Below, one piece after another: positions 26,150 through 39,720 of a DNA stretch of 64,000 nucleotides. The number at the start of each line of letters is the position of its first letter. The stretch's first letter is position 1. The stretch is from the NCBI GenBank assembly GCA_044892525.1, contig CM097887.1, forward strand, positions 51,398,001 through 51,462,000, given 5' to 3'. The notes under the pieces are model-generated. The model made no database searches. It saw only the letters and a program-made list of their open reading frames with translations, and was not told where the DNA came from. Origin of the DNA: Schmidtea polychroa (taxonomy: Eukaryota). The position numbers and the translations under genes are program-made.

Positions 26150-26600
26150 ATACGAGAATGTCAGAAACTTCATCAGAATCGACAATTTCATTTCAAGCAA
26201 TTCATAGATGAATGCTCTTCAATACATGGACGAACAAGAGATTCGGTAGATCACGGGTAGGCAATAGAATATATAACAATATGCCAAAAAATCGAGGTCC
26301 CAATATTCAAAGATGAGGTAATCCATTCACAATAATATATCTTCATTGACTATTCAAATTGAAAAGTTGCCATATAATCCATTTTTGAACCCCATCGAAT
26401 AGATAAGAACTAAAGTTTCTTTGACTGATGAATTTAGCAGACAGACTTTCAATCAATGACTGATTTACTGCAATATTCCAAGCAGTTAACGAGGAACTTT
26501 GAAAACCAGATCACAGTAATTTCAAAAATCATATTAAAGTCATATTAATAATCATATTAAAGATTCTTCCCAAAATGCTTGAAAAAACTGAATATTTTAG
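26150..26600 (+). mobile_element. Tc1/IS630-like transposase relic
   Basis: IEKLPYNPFLNPIE*IRTKV resembles LPPYSPxLNPIExxWSKVK; downstream RFFPKCLK. Heavily disrupted. Confidence 0.5.
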
Positions 26601-28407
26601 GTGAACTATGAAAAATTTAATGTATATTTAAATAAATAAATAAATATTTTACTTCTTTATTCATTATTTTAACAAAAAAACTTAAAATATAACTAAAATC
26701 GAAAACAAAGCTCAATTGACATTGCTAAATGAATGTCTCATTTATGATAATCAAATGCGCTTTGGTGTATCAAACTTACCCAAATTGTATGCGTGTGTCA
26801 TGGTCAAAACTGAAATTTAATCAGCTTTTACAATATAGAAAGATAGAAAAAATAATAACATTCTAAGACTTCACAAAATTTCATTAATAAAGCTGCATGA
26901 AGTTGGACTTTAAATTAAATCATTGACATCGGAAAATAATAAACTTCAAACGATTAACAATAAAAGTAAAATACGACAGAAACAAATAACTGAAAGCCAA
27001 AAACTGTAGAAAGATTTTCTAAGAATGAAAAAAATCAATAAATACTGAAACATAGGTCAAAGTAGTAGCATATACAGTACTATGTCATCACCACATAGAA
27101 CTGTCAGCTTATAAGCCCATCAAAGCCACTCAGTGTGCGTCACAAACACCATTTAACAAGAATAAAGACAAATATAAATTTAGGTGACATTATTGCTACT
27201 TACATTGTTGGAAAGAAAACTGCAACCTGAAATTTAGCATAAAATGAGAGAACTGGTGGTTGGAGTGTAGGAATGGTCTTAGTGAATCATTACACTATCA
27301 ATGTAGAACCAGAGGGACAATGTCTTAATCATATGAATACTTTCTATGAACATAAGAAGGATGATGTAGAAATCATCTTTAAGTTTCCCATGGACAATAT
27401 ATTGAAAGGACAGACACTTGTCTGTGTTATTGATTGCAAAATTGTAAATGGTTGTGCTGAACATAGAACCATTCAGTCCCTTGAAATTCTGTTGGAGTCT
27501 GTTACACAATTTCTGTCAACTGCGTGGGAATCAGCTCCTCTGGCGTGGGTCTTAAGGAAAACGAATCAAGGAATATTAGTCTGAATTATCAGTTGAGTTA
27601 ATGGGTTAAAATAATGGGCTAACATATATTGTTCTTGTCATTTTCATTTCATTGAGCGACATTAGTTCATTTTTTCGCAAAATATTGCTACCAAAACTTA
27701 CAAATAATCAAAACGAGGCCGCAACTTTAAATTTTAAACCGCTTGGGCAAATTTTCGAATTTTAATTGATGTTTTGTATTCAATGGGCAAATCGGAAATC
27801 AGAGAAATTTGATATTTCAATGTAATTCAATGTCCTAATTAGATAAGGTGGTCCAGACTATAATATGAAGTTCCTTTGAAGCCGAGTAAAAGGATTTAAA
27901 GTCACAACTTGGCCCAGCTGTAATATTTATGAATAAATGTTGAACAAAATCTTGTGTGATCATGAATTGTATATTTCAACTTTCAGAATGTTTGATTATT
28001 AATTATTAATTATTATTAACCAAAAATGACAAATATATATCAAAAAAGAAAATGATTCCCAAAAAACTGATTTCAAATTGGAATGATATTTCTTGGTGAT
28101 GTAGCGAATTTGCCAATTTGTAACACAGAATTCCCAGATAGTCTAAGCCAGGGAGATATTTATCCGCCGGGCAAATTCTATGAACAACCACAAAACATGG
28201 GTAGAGTAAGCTAAAATAAAAATTCTTGCTGTGAGGGTAGCGAGTATAAATCAAATGAAATGTAACTAACGAAACCAATATCAAATTGAAACATACGTAT
28301 GATACATGCAGAATCTTGTAACAAATTCCATTAAATTCCATCCACACTCTCAGAGATGCAATTCAAAATGTGTACAATTTTGAAAGTCTAATCTAGCACA
28401 ATCAATT

Positions 28408-31400
28408 TCAGTATTGCCCGGTGAAAAGAGTTTGACAAATTATTGGATAATTCAGCTCCAAATAATATCGTCCTTGGCCCCAGTCAATAATACTTCCGGA
28501 CTCAACGACGGCAACAAATTTACCAGATTCATTTTTTAATTGTATGTCAATTATTTCCAATTGATCTAGGCCACTTTGGACAGGTTTGGTACCTTCGGTG
28601 TACATGAGAGTCATATGAGCACGACATCCAAACGGTCGTCTGACTTGTTTGACGCCATTTAACTTTGCTAAAATAATGGTTGTTAATAATCGTGTAGAAA
28701 TAAAATATTTTCATCAAATTATGATTGTATAGGGCTGATAGTAACAATACAGTTGATTTGATTTTAGATGAAGGAAAAACTCGTGTTTTTATGTCAAAAT
28801 CTAGTAAAGAATTACATAGAAAATATGACCCCTAATTCCATTGGTTCAATCACTTATTATAGGTCTTCAAATGATGCAGATGATTCATTCAAGGCCAATC
28901 GAAGGTATTCTGATCGTTTCAGAACACAGAAAAATCTCCACAGCATCTTGATAAAAGAGAAACAGCTAGTGCTGATAGAGTTGACAGTGATTTTACGTGA
29001 ACCCAGGCTCTTTTGAAAATGTTACCGAATAGAACTCACAATAAAAAAAATCAAGCTACAAGACTAGCAAAAAGAGTCTTACTTTCTCTTTTCAAGGAAA
29101 CATGATTCAAACGATTTCTTTTATTTTATGTTTAACACATAATTGTAGGAATTCTTGTCTTGATTGACGTCCTGAGAAACATTGTAAATATGTTGAATAA
29201 ACATGCCAAATATATTTTAATTGTGCACATACAAATGTAATAAGAATCGTTTGGATGTTTATATAGTTTCCATCTGCCTTGAACTGATATTTAGCCGTTG
29301 AAATTTCATAGCTGTGCCAAACACTTTGACAATTTTCGCAGTCTTGATTCGTGCGTGCTTCTCGCGTACTTACCGGAACCAGATAAATTTGTTTGTAAAT
29401 TTCGACGAAATATACATTTTTTTTGATTTCGTTGATTTTGTTTCACGGACATATATTTACAGGGGGACTAATTAACAATATTATTAAAAAAACATACATT
29501 TATTTTTTATGTGTACAATGTCAAATCATCATCTTAAAAATAAAAATTACATTAAGACAAAACATCAAATTTCATTCTAGGATGAACGCTCGTTTTAATG
29601 CTAGAATTTATAAAGGTTATCAAAATTATTACATCTAGCCTTACTTATACACCTTACTTATTGCGTACATGACGCATATTGTATATCATTTCCAAAGCGA
29701 GAAAATTAATAAAAAAATTAATATTTTCAAGGGAAACGGACATGAGCGTATGCCAAATGATGAGACGAATATGGTAATATAAAATTATTAAAGGAATACA
29801 AACTAATTAATTAATTAAGTGTAAAAAAATAATTAAATTAGTCCCGGCTCCTGATGAGGATATATTTTGATGGAAATTTTTATGAAGTAAAAACTTCCTA
29901 TAAAAAAAGCTCTCGACTTAGGCAAATCGCATTTCTGGTCGAAGGTAAAAATTGTAGTAAAGAAGTGACGAAACTGAAATTAGAGCAGAAAACAAAAGTT
30001 TTTTTGAGTAGTATAGGATTTGTTCAGTGAACTTACTTGAGACAGTCTAACAAAGGGTTAATTGCCCACAGATCCAGTAAATTCATTGAAATTGTATTGA
30101 CAAAATTTCATAGATTGTAAAGTGTAATATCAATAACCGTTACTTGTGTTTTCATTCTTTTGATTAATAGCACGTGGAGTTAGATCATCAAATAGCTTGG
30201 CGAACCATATAAATTTACTCAACACATTGTTCCCTTTTGGTTTTTGACTAGTTATGGAAAAGTAGAATGTGATAAAGCGCTAGAAAAATACATAAATTGA
30301 GTATTTTTAAAATAAATACACTTAATAAATGGTTGTCTTCAATTTTTGTCCGTCTAAGTGTACTTTTTATTATTTTTCTCTGCTTACTACAGTAAATGTC
30401 CTTAATTTATGGTGGTCATCCGTAATTTTTCTTATTTCAAGTAAGAGTATATTTGTTCTATAAATAAATTAATTGTCTTCTATTACACCTTAATTTATGG
30501 AAAAAATTATTTGTAATTCATGCCATTTGATGTAGCTATTGGAGAAAGATTGATTTTGACAGGAAAAGGCATGAAATTACATTAAGTATATGTAAAAAAA
30601 ACACCAAGCAAACACTGCAAAATAGGTAAAAATAACATAAAAATAAGGAAACATTATTAAAAATTAAAAAATATATAAAACTGATAAAAATTATATCAAA
30701 AAGAAATTGAGTTAAAATTATTCAAATTTGTTGAAAAGCACTAAAACATACACACTAACCAACACACCAAAATCAGGCTATATATACAATAAGATTGAAT
30801 GTAATATTAAAAGAAATAATGAAATTTATTTAATATCTTGTGCGATTCATAAGTCTTCGTCTCTAAAACTGAAATAAAACAACAGTATGAACAAACTAAA
30901 TGTATTGATTTATTTAATGCATAACAAAAAAAATAACAGTAAGGACAAATAACGGTAAATAATAAGCAATTTCATAGCAACTGTTCAAAATGTTCACCAT
31001 CTTGCTCCAAAAAAAGATTGAATCGTTTCCTGAAGCTTGAATAACATTTAGGGACGACTTCTTGATTGATGTTTATTAATTCATATGAAATTTCTTCTTC
31101 AAAAGTCCAATATAGTGAGGTATGGAGATCTTGGTGACCATCCCTTTACGACCAATCCACCGCTGAAGAAAATGTTGATCAAGCCATTGTCATACTGAAA
31201 TGAGGCGGTGCCCCATCGTGTTGATACCAATGTTGATTGTCATTTCCAATGAAGAACAACAGCTTTTGATTTAAAACAGTGACATACCGCTCTTTGTTCA
31301 TTGTTTCACAACTGATACTGAAGGTAACACCAAGATCATATGAAATAGTCGCCCAAACAGTTAGTCTAGGTGGTACAGAACAAATGGTGTTCATTTTCTT

Positions 31401-34400
31401 TAGCGTAATAAAAGAAATTATTTTTTCGTACGAGACCGTTTAGAAAAAACGAAGTTTCATCTTAGAAAATAATCTTGCTATGGAAATTAACACTGTTTTC
31501 GTTGACTATCCAAGAACAGAATACAGCCCTCCTATCGGGATCCTATATATGCCCATCAAAACAAAAATGATAGAAAGAATTATAAAAGGCTCAAGGAAGA
31601 CATATGAAACTCATCGGGGCTTCTAACAATAACAAAACCATTTTGAAAACGGTTTGTGCCCGCATCCTTAAAATGGCACACTAGTAGAATCAACACCCAA
31701 TATAATAGCTTGCCTACTATATTTTGCCTTGCATATTGATTATGCATTTGATACTTTTTATTAATAAATGTTTAACTTTCCATTTTCTTCAAACTTTTGT
31801 TTCCAGTATTGCACAGTTGTCCTAGCTTGTGTTGCAGAATTGAAATGTTGCTGAAATTCTTGGCAAGCTTTGACACTACTCTGGTACACTATTGCAAGGC
31901 TAACTATAATACTCTAACACTCTATTCGCAAGCGAAATTTATCATTACGAGATGCTTCCCCCATATTGTTAATCAGTGAATAATAATTAATATCACTGAG
32001 TGTGAGAATAAATTATATTGTGTTTTGTTGTTTTATTTTAGTTTTAGAGACGGAAACTTATGAATCGCACGGTATTTATATATTTATATGGTAAATAGGA
32101 CCGCATTTACACTTTCGGGGGCCGAGGCAGAGACAGATATTGGTACTGATATACAATTTTTACTTTCTCCGCATTGTGAGAAAGTCATGTAATCACTGTT
32201 TATCTGTTTCTTTGTGATTCTTGAACGCTCAATTTATTTTTCAGTTATGTTTTATTCATTTAAGTTACTTATTGTTATAAGTAACCTAAATGAATAAATA
32301 AATAATAATAATTAATTTTTATTATATTATGTTATTGCATTCTATATTAACTATATTATTCTATATTAAATGATTCTTATATTCTTTTATTATTTTTGTT
32401 TATTTTGTCAACTTGGTTTTAAAACTTTCTAAAAATCGAAAATAACCTGCTTTGAATAGTGGAAGAGCCCCTAGGGTATTTTATATATTTCAAGTGTTTG
32501 AAAGAGATAGCTTCAATATCACTTGTAATAAAGCGTTAGGATATTTGCCGATGTAAAAGGTTTGATAAAATATTATACAAATTTGACATCAATTTAATAA
32601 AATTAAGTAATAAAATAAATCTGGTTTAACTTGTAAGTAAATTTTTAGGAATATATATTATGAAATATAAAATTGTGTTATATTACTTATTCCGGTTTTC
32701 TTGCTGAGACTGGTTGGCTTGGATCCATATTTATTCATGGCAGATGAAATATCTTCTTGATCATCACCAGCCCATAATTGAATTTGCTTGGGACCCGCCA
32801 ATTGTACATGACCACTAAACGTCTTTGGAGTCAATAGAAATCCTTTAATGTGAATTGGAAATAACTGTCCAAGACTTTCTTGAACAGCTCCAGACTTAAG
32901 ATAAGATTCAGCGTCAGTAGCTGTCCCATACCCACAAAATTTCGTTGTCACGTGCAATCTGTCGGTTTTCATTCGCCAATGATCTAACAAATCTGCCTTG
33001 GATACAACTGAAAATTAGATTTAAACAATAAAACTGATATTAAAAATGTTAAAATCAAATTTTGAAATTTTTCTTTTGAATCGATAATTGAGTGCTTGCA
33101 TGTCAACATTTAATATATCTACCCATATCATTTAGTAGNNNNNNNNNNNNNNNNNNNNNNNNNNNNNNNNNNNNNNNNNNNNNNNNNNNNNNNNNNNNNN
33201 NNNNNNNNNNNNNNNNNNNNNNNNNNNNNNNNNNNNNNNNNNNNNNNNNNNNNNNNNNNNNNNNNNNNNNNNNNNNNNNNNNNNNNNNNNNNNNNNNNNN
33301 NNNNNNNNNNNNNNNNNNNNNNNNNNNNNNNNNNNNNNNNNNNNNNNNNNNNNNNNNNNNNNNNNNNNNNNNNNNNNNNNNNNNNNNNNNNNNNNNNNNN
33401 NNNNNNNNNNNNNNNNNNNNNNNNNNNNNNNNNNNNNNNNNNNNNNNNNNNNNNNNNNNNNNNNNNNNNNNNNNNNNNNNNNNATTTATTTACAGAACTC
33501 ATTAAAATACTTTTGAAACCACATATTTCCGTTCAATTTTTTACTTCTTGTCTCTTTAAATCATTCACAATTTCAACACATTAGTCGAATAGTTTCGTTT
33601 ATGTTTTCATTATAACTTCAACAAAAATAACTTTATAAGTATTTATTCCACCATTAATAAAGGAGGAAATATTGATGCATCAATTTGTTGCCCTACTAAA
33701 TTCAAACACCCAATGATGGAGATAGAAATATTCGATAAATAATAAAAAATTATAATTTGTTTTATTACACTTATAAAACTATAGAAAATTTGAATTTTCC
33801 CATAGCTTTTCATAATTTTTTTTATTCTCATTTATACAATCAAAGCAAAAATGAATCCTACATTCTGGTAAATCGCAAGCTGCTGCAAGCCCCATGCGAA
33901 TTTCTGGAATATTTATCAACAGTTCAAGCGTATCAGTGGCAAATTGTAGAATATTATCACTGTCTCTATCATTGAGGAACCAACCGAAATATAATGGAAT
34001 AGCTGGTTCGAATTCATTGATAGATTTCTCAATTTCCCAGATCGGTTCTGATTTTGTGCTTTTTTCATGTAACTGTTCAACGTCGAATCTCCATGGGGTT
34101 TTCGGAACTACGACCATTACAAGATAATCGAACCTCGTTGATATATCGACGCTATATTTATATTGCCAACATCGGATATTGGGATTATCAATGATGACTG
34201 GAGATTTTCCTGATTCCAGAGCTTGGTAGATTTGATTCTGACAAAAATTTTCAGCTTCATTGTACTTAGATCTATCATACTTGAAAGTCCCATCACTTTG
34301 AATAAAAAAATGATCCGATGAACACACCTAAAGAAATGCATAATATTATATTGTAAATTGCAAATTGCAAAATAAATTTTTTCATATCTATGATTATTGT

Positions 34401-37400
34401 ATTATTATATTAATTTTGGTGAGCAAAATATAATACAAACATCCGTAGACAATTCACAACAACCATATATTAAAAATACAGAAGGACAAAAATTATTAGC
34501 AGCAATTATTTACAATTTTAAGAATTTTCTAACATTTTATCACATATCACCTCTCCATGAGTATCAGAGAAGCAAAGTGGGGCCATGTAAAAAAAATTAA
34601 AATTAAAATTTATTTAAAAATTTTGATAATCATGATAAATTACCTGAAAAGGTGGGAAATAAAGGAGAAAATCATAGAAAAATGTAATTTCTAATTTAAA
34701 TATTAAAGTAAATTATTTTTATTTATTCAGAAATTGATAAAAAAAAAGATTGATCTAAGTCACGGAATGGAGAGTAAATTAGTTCAATCATAAAAACAAT
34801 TTCCCGAAATTATTTCTAATTGAAAACATTTTAAATGACAATTTAATAAATCCTACCGTTTCCAAAAATTAATTGTAAATAACCTGAAATTCATAATAAA
34901 TACGAAAATTCAATTTTACTAAGAAGATTAATCATATTTTTAAAAACATATATACCGTATATACTCGTGTATAAGCCGATCCGTATATAAGCCGAAGTGA
35001 GTTTTTATAGTCAATTTTTTGTCCAAAATCAAGTTAAATTAAATATGATTTTTTAAATTAAAATTAATTTTTTTTTGGCTGGCAAAAAATATTGGTTTTT
35101 GTTACCCGTATATAAGCCGAATGGAAAAAATTAGCTTAACTAGAATTTTAACAGTGAAAATCTAAGCAAAATGTCCTAAGCAAAAATTGCAACATAATTA
35201 TCGACAAGAAATAATTTCTAAATAAAACCAAACTGAAAGGGAAACTAATAAATGTCGACTGCGAAAGAAATGCCTAAATGTAACTGCTAACAATCGGTAA
35301 TAGATGAATCACAGAACCAATTCAATGTCAACGGCACAGTATATATTCAACTGATCTCTATAACATGTTCCCGAATTTATTGCATCAAAATATTTAGATG
35401 AATTTATGAGATTATTAACTCGATGCCGTTTGTATAAATTTTGCATTTATATAATAAATAATTTTTATCTTATATAGGACAATTTTTATTATCAAACACT
35501 ATTTAAGAACAGGAATTAGTCAGCATTTTCATTTGTTGAGATGTCTGCCAGGTCGACAGCCAGTAGCCATTGGCATATTAGTCATTAATTCATCTGAAAC
35601 AGAATTGAACTTGCTATGACATATTTCCTATGTCTACGCTGAAAATTTTCTATTTATAAATAGTTTCACTAGACTACATTTTTAATTTCCGTAAATCTGG
35701 CAATAGAAATATTGTTAGTCATATATTTTAATAACATCAATTCACATTTGTTACACAAAATATGAACTAAGGGCTTCCTGTATAGATTATATACATTATT
35801 AATAATTTATAGATAGGTTTAGGGCTATAATCTGTTTTTATTCAAATGAATTTTTTTATTGGTACTCATTTTGAAGTAATTTAAAAAAGAAAATCCTTGA
35901 TAAATATATTAAAAGAAAGTTTCCTTTTCAATTTACAAAATGTTAACATGGTAGGTTACTATCTCGAGTCACATTAAAGACATTAAGGCCTTCATATCTT
36001 CACATGTAAAATGTTGTACATACGATACTTTTTTTCAGTGTTGCCACCGTTGGGAAATTTAGGACTTGAACATTTGAGAAACAAAAAATTTTTTGGAACA
36101 CGAGAAAAAGAAAATCATTAGAACACGAAAATTAGTTTTTATTATTACAATTAAACCATAAACCACAGATAATAACATCGGCGTCCTATCTATGAAACAA
36201 AATTATAAAACATTTGAAAAATTTTATATAGTTTGTTCTAACCGAAACAAAAACAAAACCCGTTGTACGGAACAAAATCAAGAAGAAGAGATGTGGTAAT
36301 ACCTATAATAATTTCGGGGTTAATTTGAAATGATTTTAAATTAACCGCGAAATAAATTAATATGGTTAACCCGATTTAAAATATCTTGTGACAAATAAAT
36401 TATTTATTTTACGACAAATCGAAGTGGCAGTCCGATTTAGATACAACCCGGACATTTTTGGGTTTCATTTGGACACCCGGACGCACGTTTCAAAGCCCGG
36501 ACAGGTGGCAACACTGGCGGCAGTATATATGATTATATTTAATATTTATAAAGAATAGATATTCCAGGCCGGTGCTCCACTAAATTGTTACTAGTGCCGT
36601 CAAATATGAAACATTGGCTATTTTATAATGATTTTTTCATCTTTATTCATATTTAATTAAAATTTCCTCAAAATTTATGAATTATCATTTGAAATTGGAG
36701 GTCAATAAGACACACATATGACATTGCATTTCGTTCATGTTTAACAAGGGTAAGAAAGTATCAAAAGCAATAGAATAAATTTGGCAAGTTTATGAAAAAG
36801 ATATTGTCGGGTTCACAACTATCAAGGACTGGTATTTGAAGTTCAAGAGGATAAGGCCAAATCAGTACACGAGATACCCAAGGTGAACACCTTAAGACAC
36901 TTCTGGATGAAAATGATACCCAGTCAACACGCCACTTTGCCAACATTAATGTCAATCAATATATAGTGCAGTGAAGACTTCGAGCTATGGCAAAGGTCTC
37001 TAAAGTATCTAAATGGGTTCCACATAAGCTTTCACGAAGAAATAAGGATGAGAAATTATTAATCTAATTGTCTCATTTGTAAAAGCATAGAAATAAATCG
37101 TTTTGACACCTATAGTGACTGGTGATTAGAAGTTGGTGTATTATGATAATCCATAGAGGTCATGCCTTTGATATCCATTACAGAGCGTAACATCCATGGA
37201 ATAAAGGTTATTTTGTGTGTGATATGAAAAACATGAAGACATAAAGGAGTGAAGACATCATTTAGCCCATAAACCACACAAAAATCATCTCCTTGTATGA
37301 TAACGCAAAACCACATTTTCCATTAGCAACGAAAACGATCATTTTGAAACTTGGATGGAAAGTTTTTCCACGCCCGCTATGTTTATTGGACTTGGCCTCA

Positions 37401-38474
37401 TCAAATTACCACATTTTGAAGTTTCTCCAACACACACATTTTCTGGTACACACTTCTCCAAACTTGCAAAGTAGTCCGACTAGTGAACAGTTTTTCTGGG
37501 TGATTGTTTTTAACAAATTCCGAAACTTCACGGATTTTTTCTAAAATATATTTTATTTGGATTAATGGAATAATGGCTGCCTCCTCCTCGTCCTCACTGA
37601 ACTCCTCCTTCACGGTTATACATTGCATCACCTTCAACTCCATATTATCTCTTGCTTTGTTTGTATGGACAAAACATCTCTCTTCTTCTCACCGCTTTTT
37701 TTCATCACTTTCATGGGATTCATAGTTAATACAAGTGTAACAAAATTTGACAAATTTAAATCTTTATTAAAATCTGAAAACTCAAATATTTATATTGATT
37801 TTAATAAATATTTGAATTGCTAAATGACTTACGATTCTAAACTAAACGAAGATGTTTTAACAACATCTAACAGTGATTATTCATTTTTGAAAATTTATTA
37901 AAAGTCGGATATTAATGCGTTGACTTAATAATTAAATTAATTAGTTCTAAATAAAATATTTATTAAAAATACCTCATAAACACGAAGGTAAAATATGACA
38001 TAAAATCGATAATAAAGTTACCACTGCATTAACGAATTTATCTTTGAGGCATTCTACGATCGTACTTTTCCCAGATCCAGATGGACCTCGAAGAATAAAT
38101 ATAATTCTAGATGAAAGCATCCATTTGATCACAGCTAACGAAGTAAGGAATGGGAAATCAACAAATTGATAAAGTTGATGATCAACAGGTCTGATAGAAC
38201 CAAAGTTTGAATCAATTGTATTCTGTTTATAGCTAAAATTTGTAACTGATGACTCCATGTTGATTGGCTGATGGTTGCTGTACTGACTAGTCGACAATTG
38301 GCTGTAATATGAGATTTTTGATTGGCTCATTGATGAAACGGGAACAATGCATTTGTAAGGAATATTGTTATGAGTAATACTTATTTGTTCATTGTCTGTT
38401 TTAGCGAGTCCCTCATTCACATACATTTGCGATGAATTGTCGTTGTTAATTAGGTTGGAGCACAGGCTACCCAT
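28408..38474 (-). CDS. CNP: 2',3'-cyclic-nucleotide 3'-phosphodiesterase-like protein (N-terminal P-loop kinase-like domain + 2H phosphoesterase), 499 aa; exons 38474-38022, 34327-33862, 33007-32687, 28667-28408
   Basis: Exon lengths 453+466+321+260 = 1500 nt, GT-AG junctions with phases 0,1,1. Motifs: FPFL..IFILRGPSGSGKST (Walker A), VCSSDHFF, VIIDNPN, VVPKTPWRFD, PLYFGWFL, first 2H motif LHVTTKFCGYG, second motif GCRAHMTL, and VQSGLDQLEI..GQGRYYLEL..FTGQY*, all matching vertebrate CNP landmarks. Confidence 0.92.
30960..31560 (-). mobile_element. Tc1/mariner-superfamily transposase relic
   Basis: LTVWATIS..ETMNKERYVTVL..WYQHDGAPPHF followed by RWIGRKGWSPRSP, typical of WFQQDGAPPH..RWIGR..WPPRSPDL transposases. 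Lies in CNP intron 3. Confidence 0.8.
34955..35125. mobile_element. pogo-family terminal fragment
   Basis: TA|CCGTATATACTCGTGTATAAGCCGA plus repeated CCGTATATAAGCCGA motifs. A related end TACCGTAAAATCGCGTGTATAAGCCG occurs near 61150. Confidence 0.6.
36036..36516. mobile_element. MITE with 13-bp TIR CAGTGTTGCCACC
   Basis: Perfect TIR pair CAGTGTTGCCACC / GGTGGCAACACTG; no matching TSD visible. Confidence 0.7.
36690..37430 (+). mobile_element. mariner (Mos1/SETMAR-like) transposase relic
   Basis: Fragments EVNKTHI*HCISFMFNKGKKVSKA, KWVPHKL, IVTGD..VYYDNP, YDNAKPH, LDLASSNYHIL; multiple stops. Confidence 0.8.
37401..37800 (-). mobile_element. Tigger-like C-terminal relic
   Basis: EEFSEDEEE..IKYILEKIREVSEFVKNNHPEK resembles a Tigger C-terminus. 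Confidence 0.5.
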
Positions 38475-38799
38475 CAGTATAAATGTTCAAAGATCAATCA
38501 AATCTGCAATTCTGAATGCAATAGATGGAATTATAGAAAAGCTTTGTAGTTTTTTTATTCCAATAGAAATATATTACTTAGTTCAAAAACAAAATTAACA
38601 AGTTAAGAATAAATAAATAAAAGTGTATGATAATTTTAAGCAGGGGCTTTAAACCTTGTTGGAGGTACTGAACCTTGGAAGTTTTATAAGTGCATTTATT
38701 GAATCCTCGTAATTGGAAAAATAAGATATGATTATTTCAAATAGAAAACACGGGTAGATATTTTATTAGTGTATAAAATGCGCCATGCATCAGTTACAC

Positions 38800-39475
38800 A
38801 CAAAATCACTGTGTTCAAAGATTGTAAGACAAACAAAAATAACATATGGATACTAAAGGGAAAGATAAGACAATTTATAGAGCATGCAGGTGTAAATAAA
38901 GTTCAAGATTATGTTTCACAGACATTTGATTTCGGAAATACGAAAACAAATTGAAAAGGTAGTTAAAGGTTGTGAGGAGTTTCAAAGAAAAAGACGTTGA
39001 CAATACGCACGGATGAAACCATTGTTAATCAAAAAGGCTGAAATTTATTTGAGACTATTTTTATTGACTTTTGTTAATCTCTGAAACTCACAATTCATGA
39101 AAAAGATATAAATTGGCAATAATGAATCAGATTAGTAGATACATATCATTAAGTGCAGTATCAAGACAAGATGAAGAAACAACAGCAACGGGAAGTTAAT
39201 ACACTCTGACCGATGAAAATCATTTGAAGCAAAATTGATAAAATATTTAATGAATATTCGTCGAATTAAAATATTGTATTCAAGTGTGTATTATTATTCA
39301 GCTAATGGAATGATTGAAAGACAATTTAGAACAATACGAGAAGCTATCCTAATTTGCTTAAAAGAGAAAATTTATAAAAACTTGATAGAGTCATTACCAG
39401 AAGTGGAATTTATGCTTCATTCAACAACTCGAAGTACAATTGGATTTAGTCCAGCAGAAGCAGTGTATGGAAGCA

Positions 39476-39532
<57 letters not shown>

Positions 39533-39720
39533 CGATGATAATGAGTTTTGAACTAATCGAGAAATCGCTGTCGGTTATCAGGTATGTATTAAAGAGGATC
39601 TAACAACAACGGATCATAGTATATATGATAGTACTGGAGAAATAATTGAGGAAAGACATGATCGGAGGTACGTGATAAAAATACCAACAGGAAAAATATA
39701 AACCAGAACTGTAAGATGGC
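38800..39720 (+). mobile_element. Ty3/gypsy integrase relic
   Basis: HAGVNKV..VKGCEEFQ (degenerate HHCC), IFIDFC, YYYSANGMIERQFRTIRE..LPEVEFMLHSTTRSTIGFSPAEAVYG; interrupted by a (TA)n run. Confidence 0.8.
39477..39530. repeat. (TA)n microsatellite
   Basis: Direct observation. Confidence 0.95.

Noticed and set aside
27243-27584. 113-codon plus-strand open frame between WDR20 and CNP
   Set aside because: No recognisable domain. The opposite strand has weak RT-like wording (KGLNGSMFSTTIYNFAINN; CGDDIVLY), so it is more likely a decayed retroelement shadow.
28408-28426. TCACCGGG (miR-36-like seed) on the minus strand
   Set aside because: It lies in the last CNP codons, the rest does not match, and there is no hairpin.
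29841-29880. CTGATGAGGATATATTTTGATGGAAA hammerhead-like core (similar CCGGCTCTGATGG at ~55147)
   Set aside because: Stem II does not pair and no stems I/III are evident.
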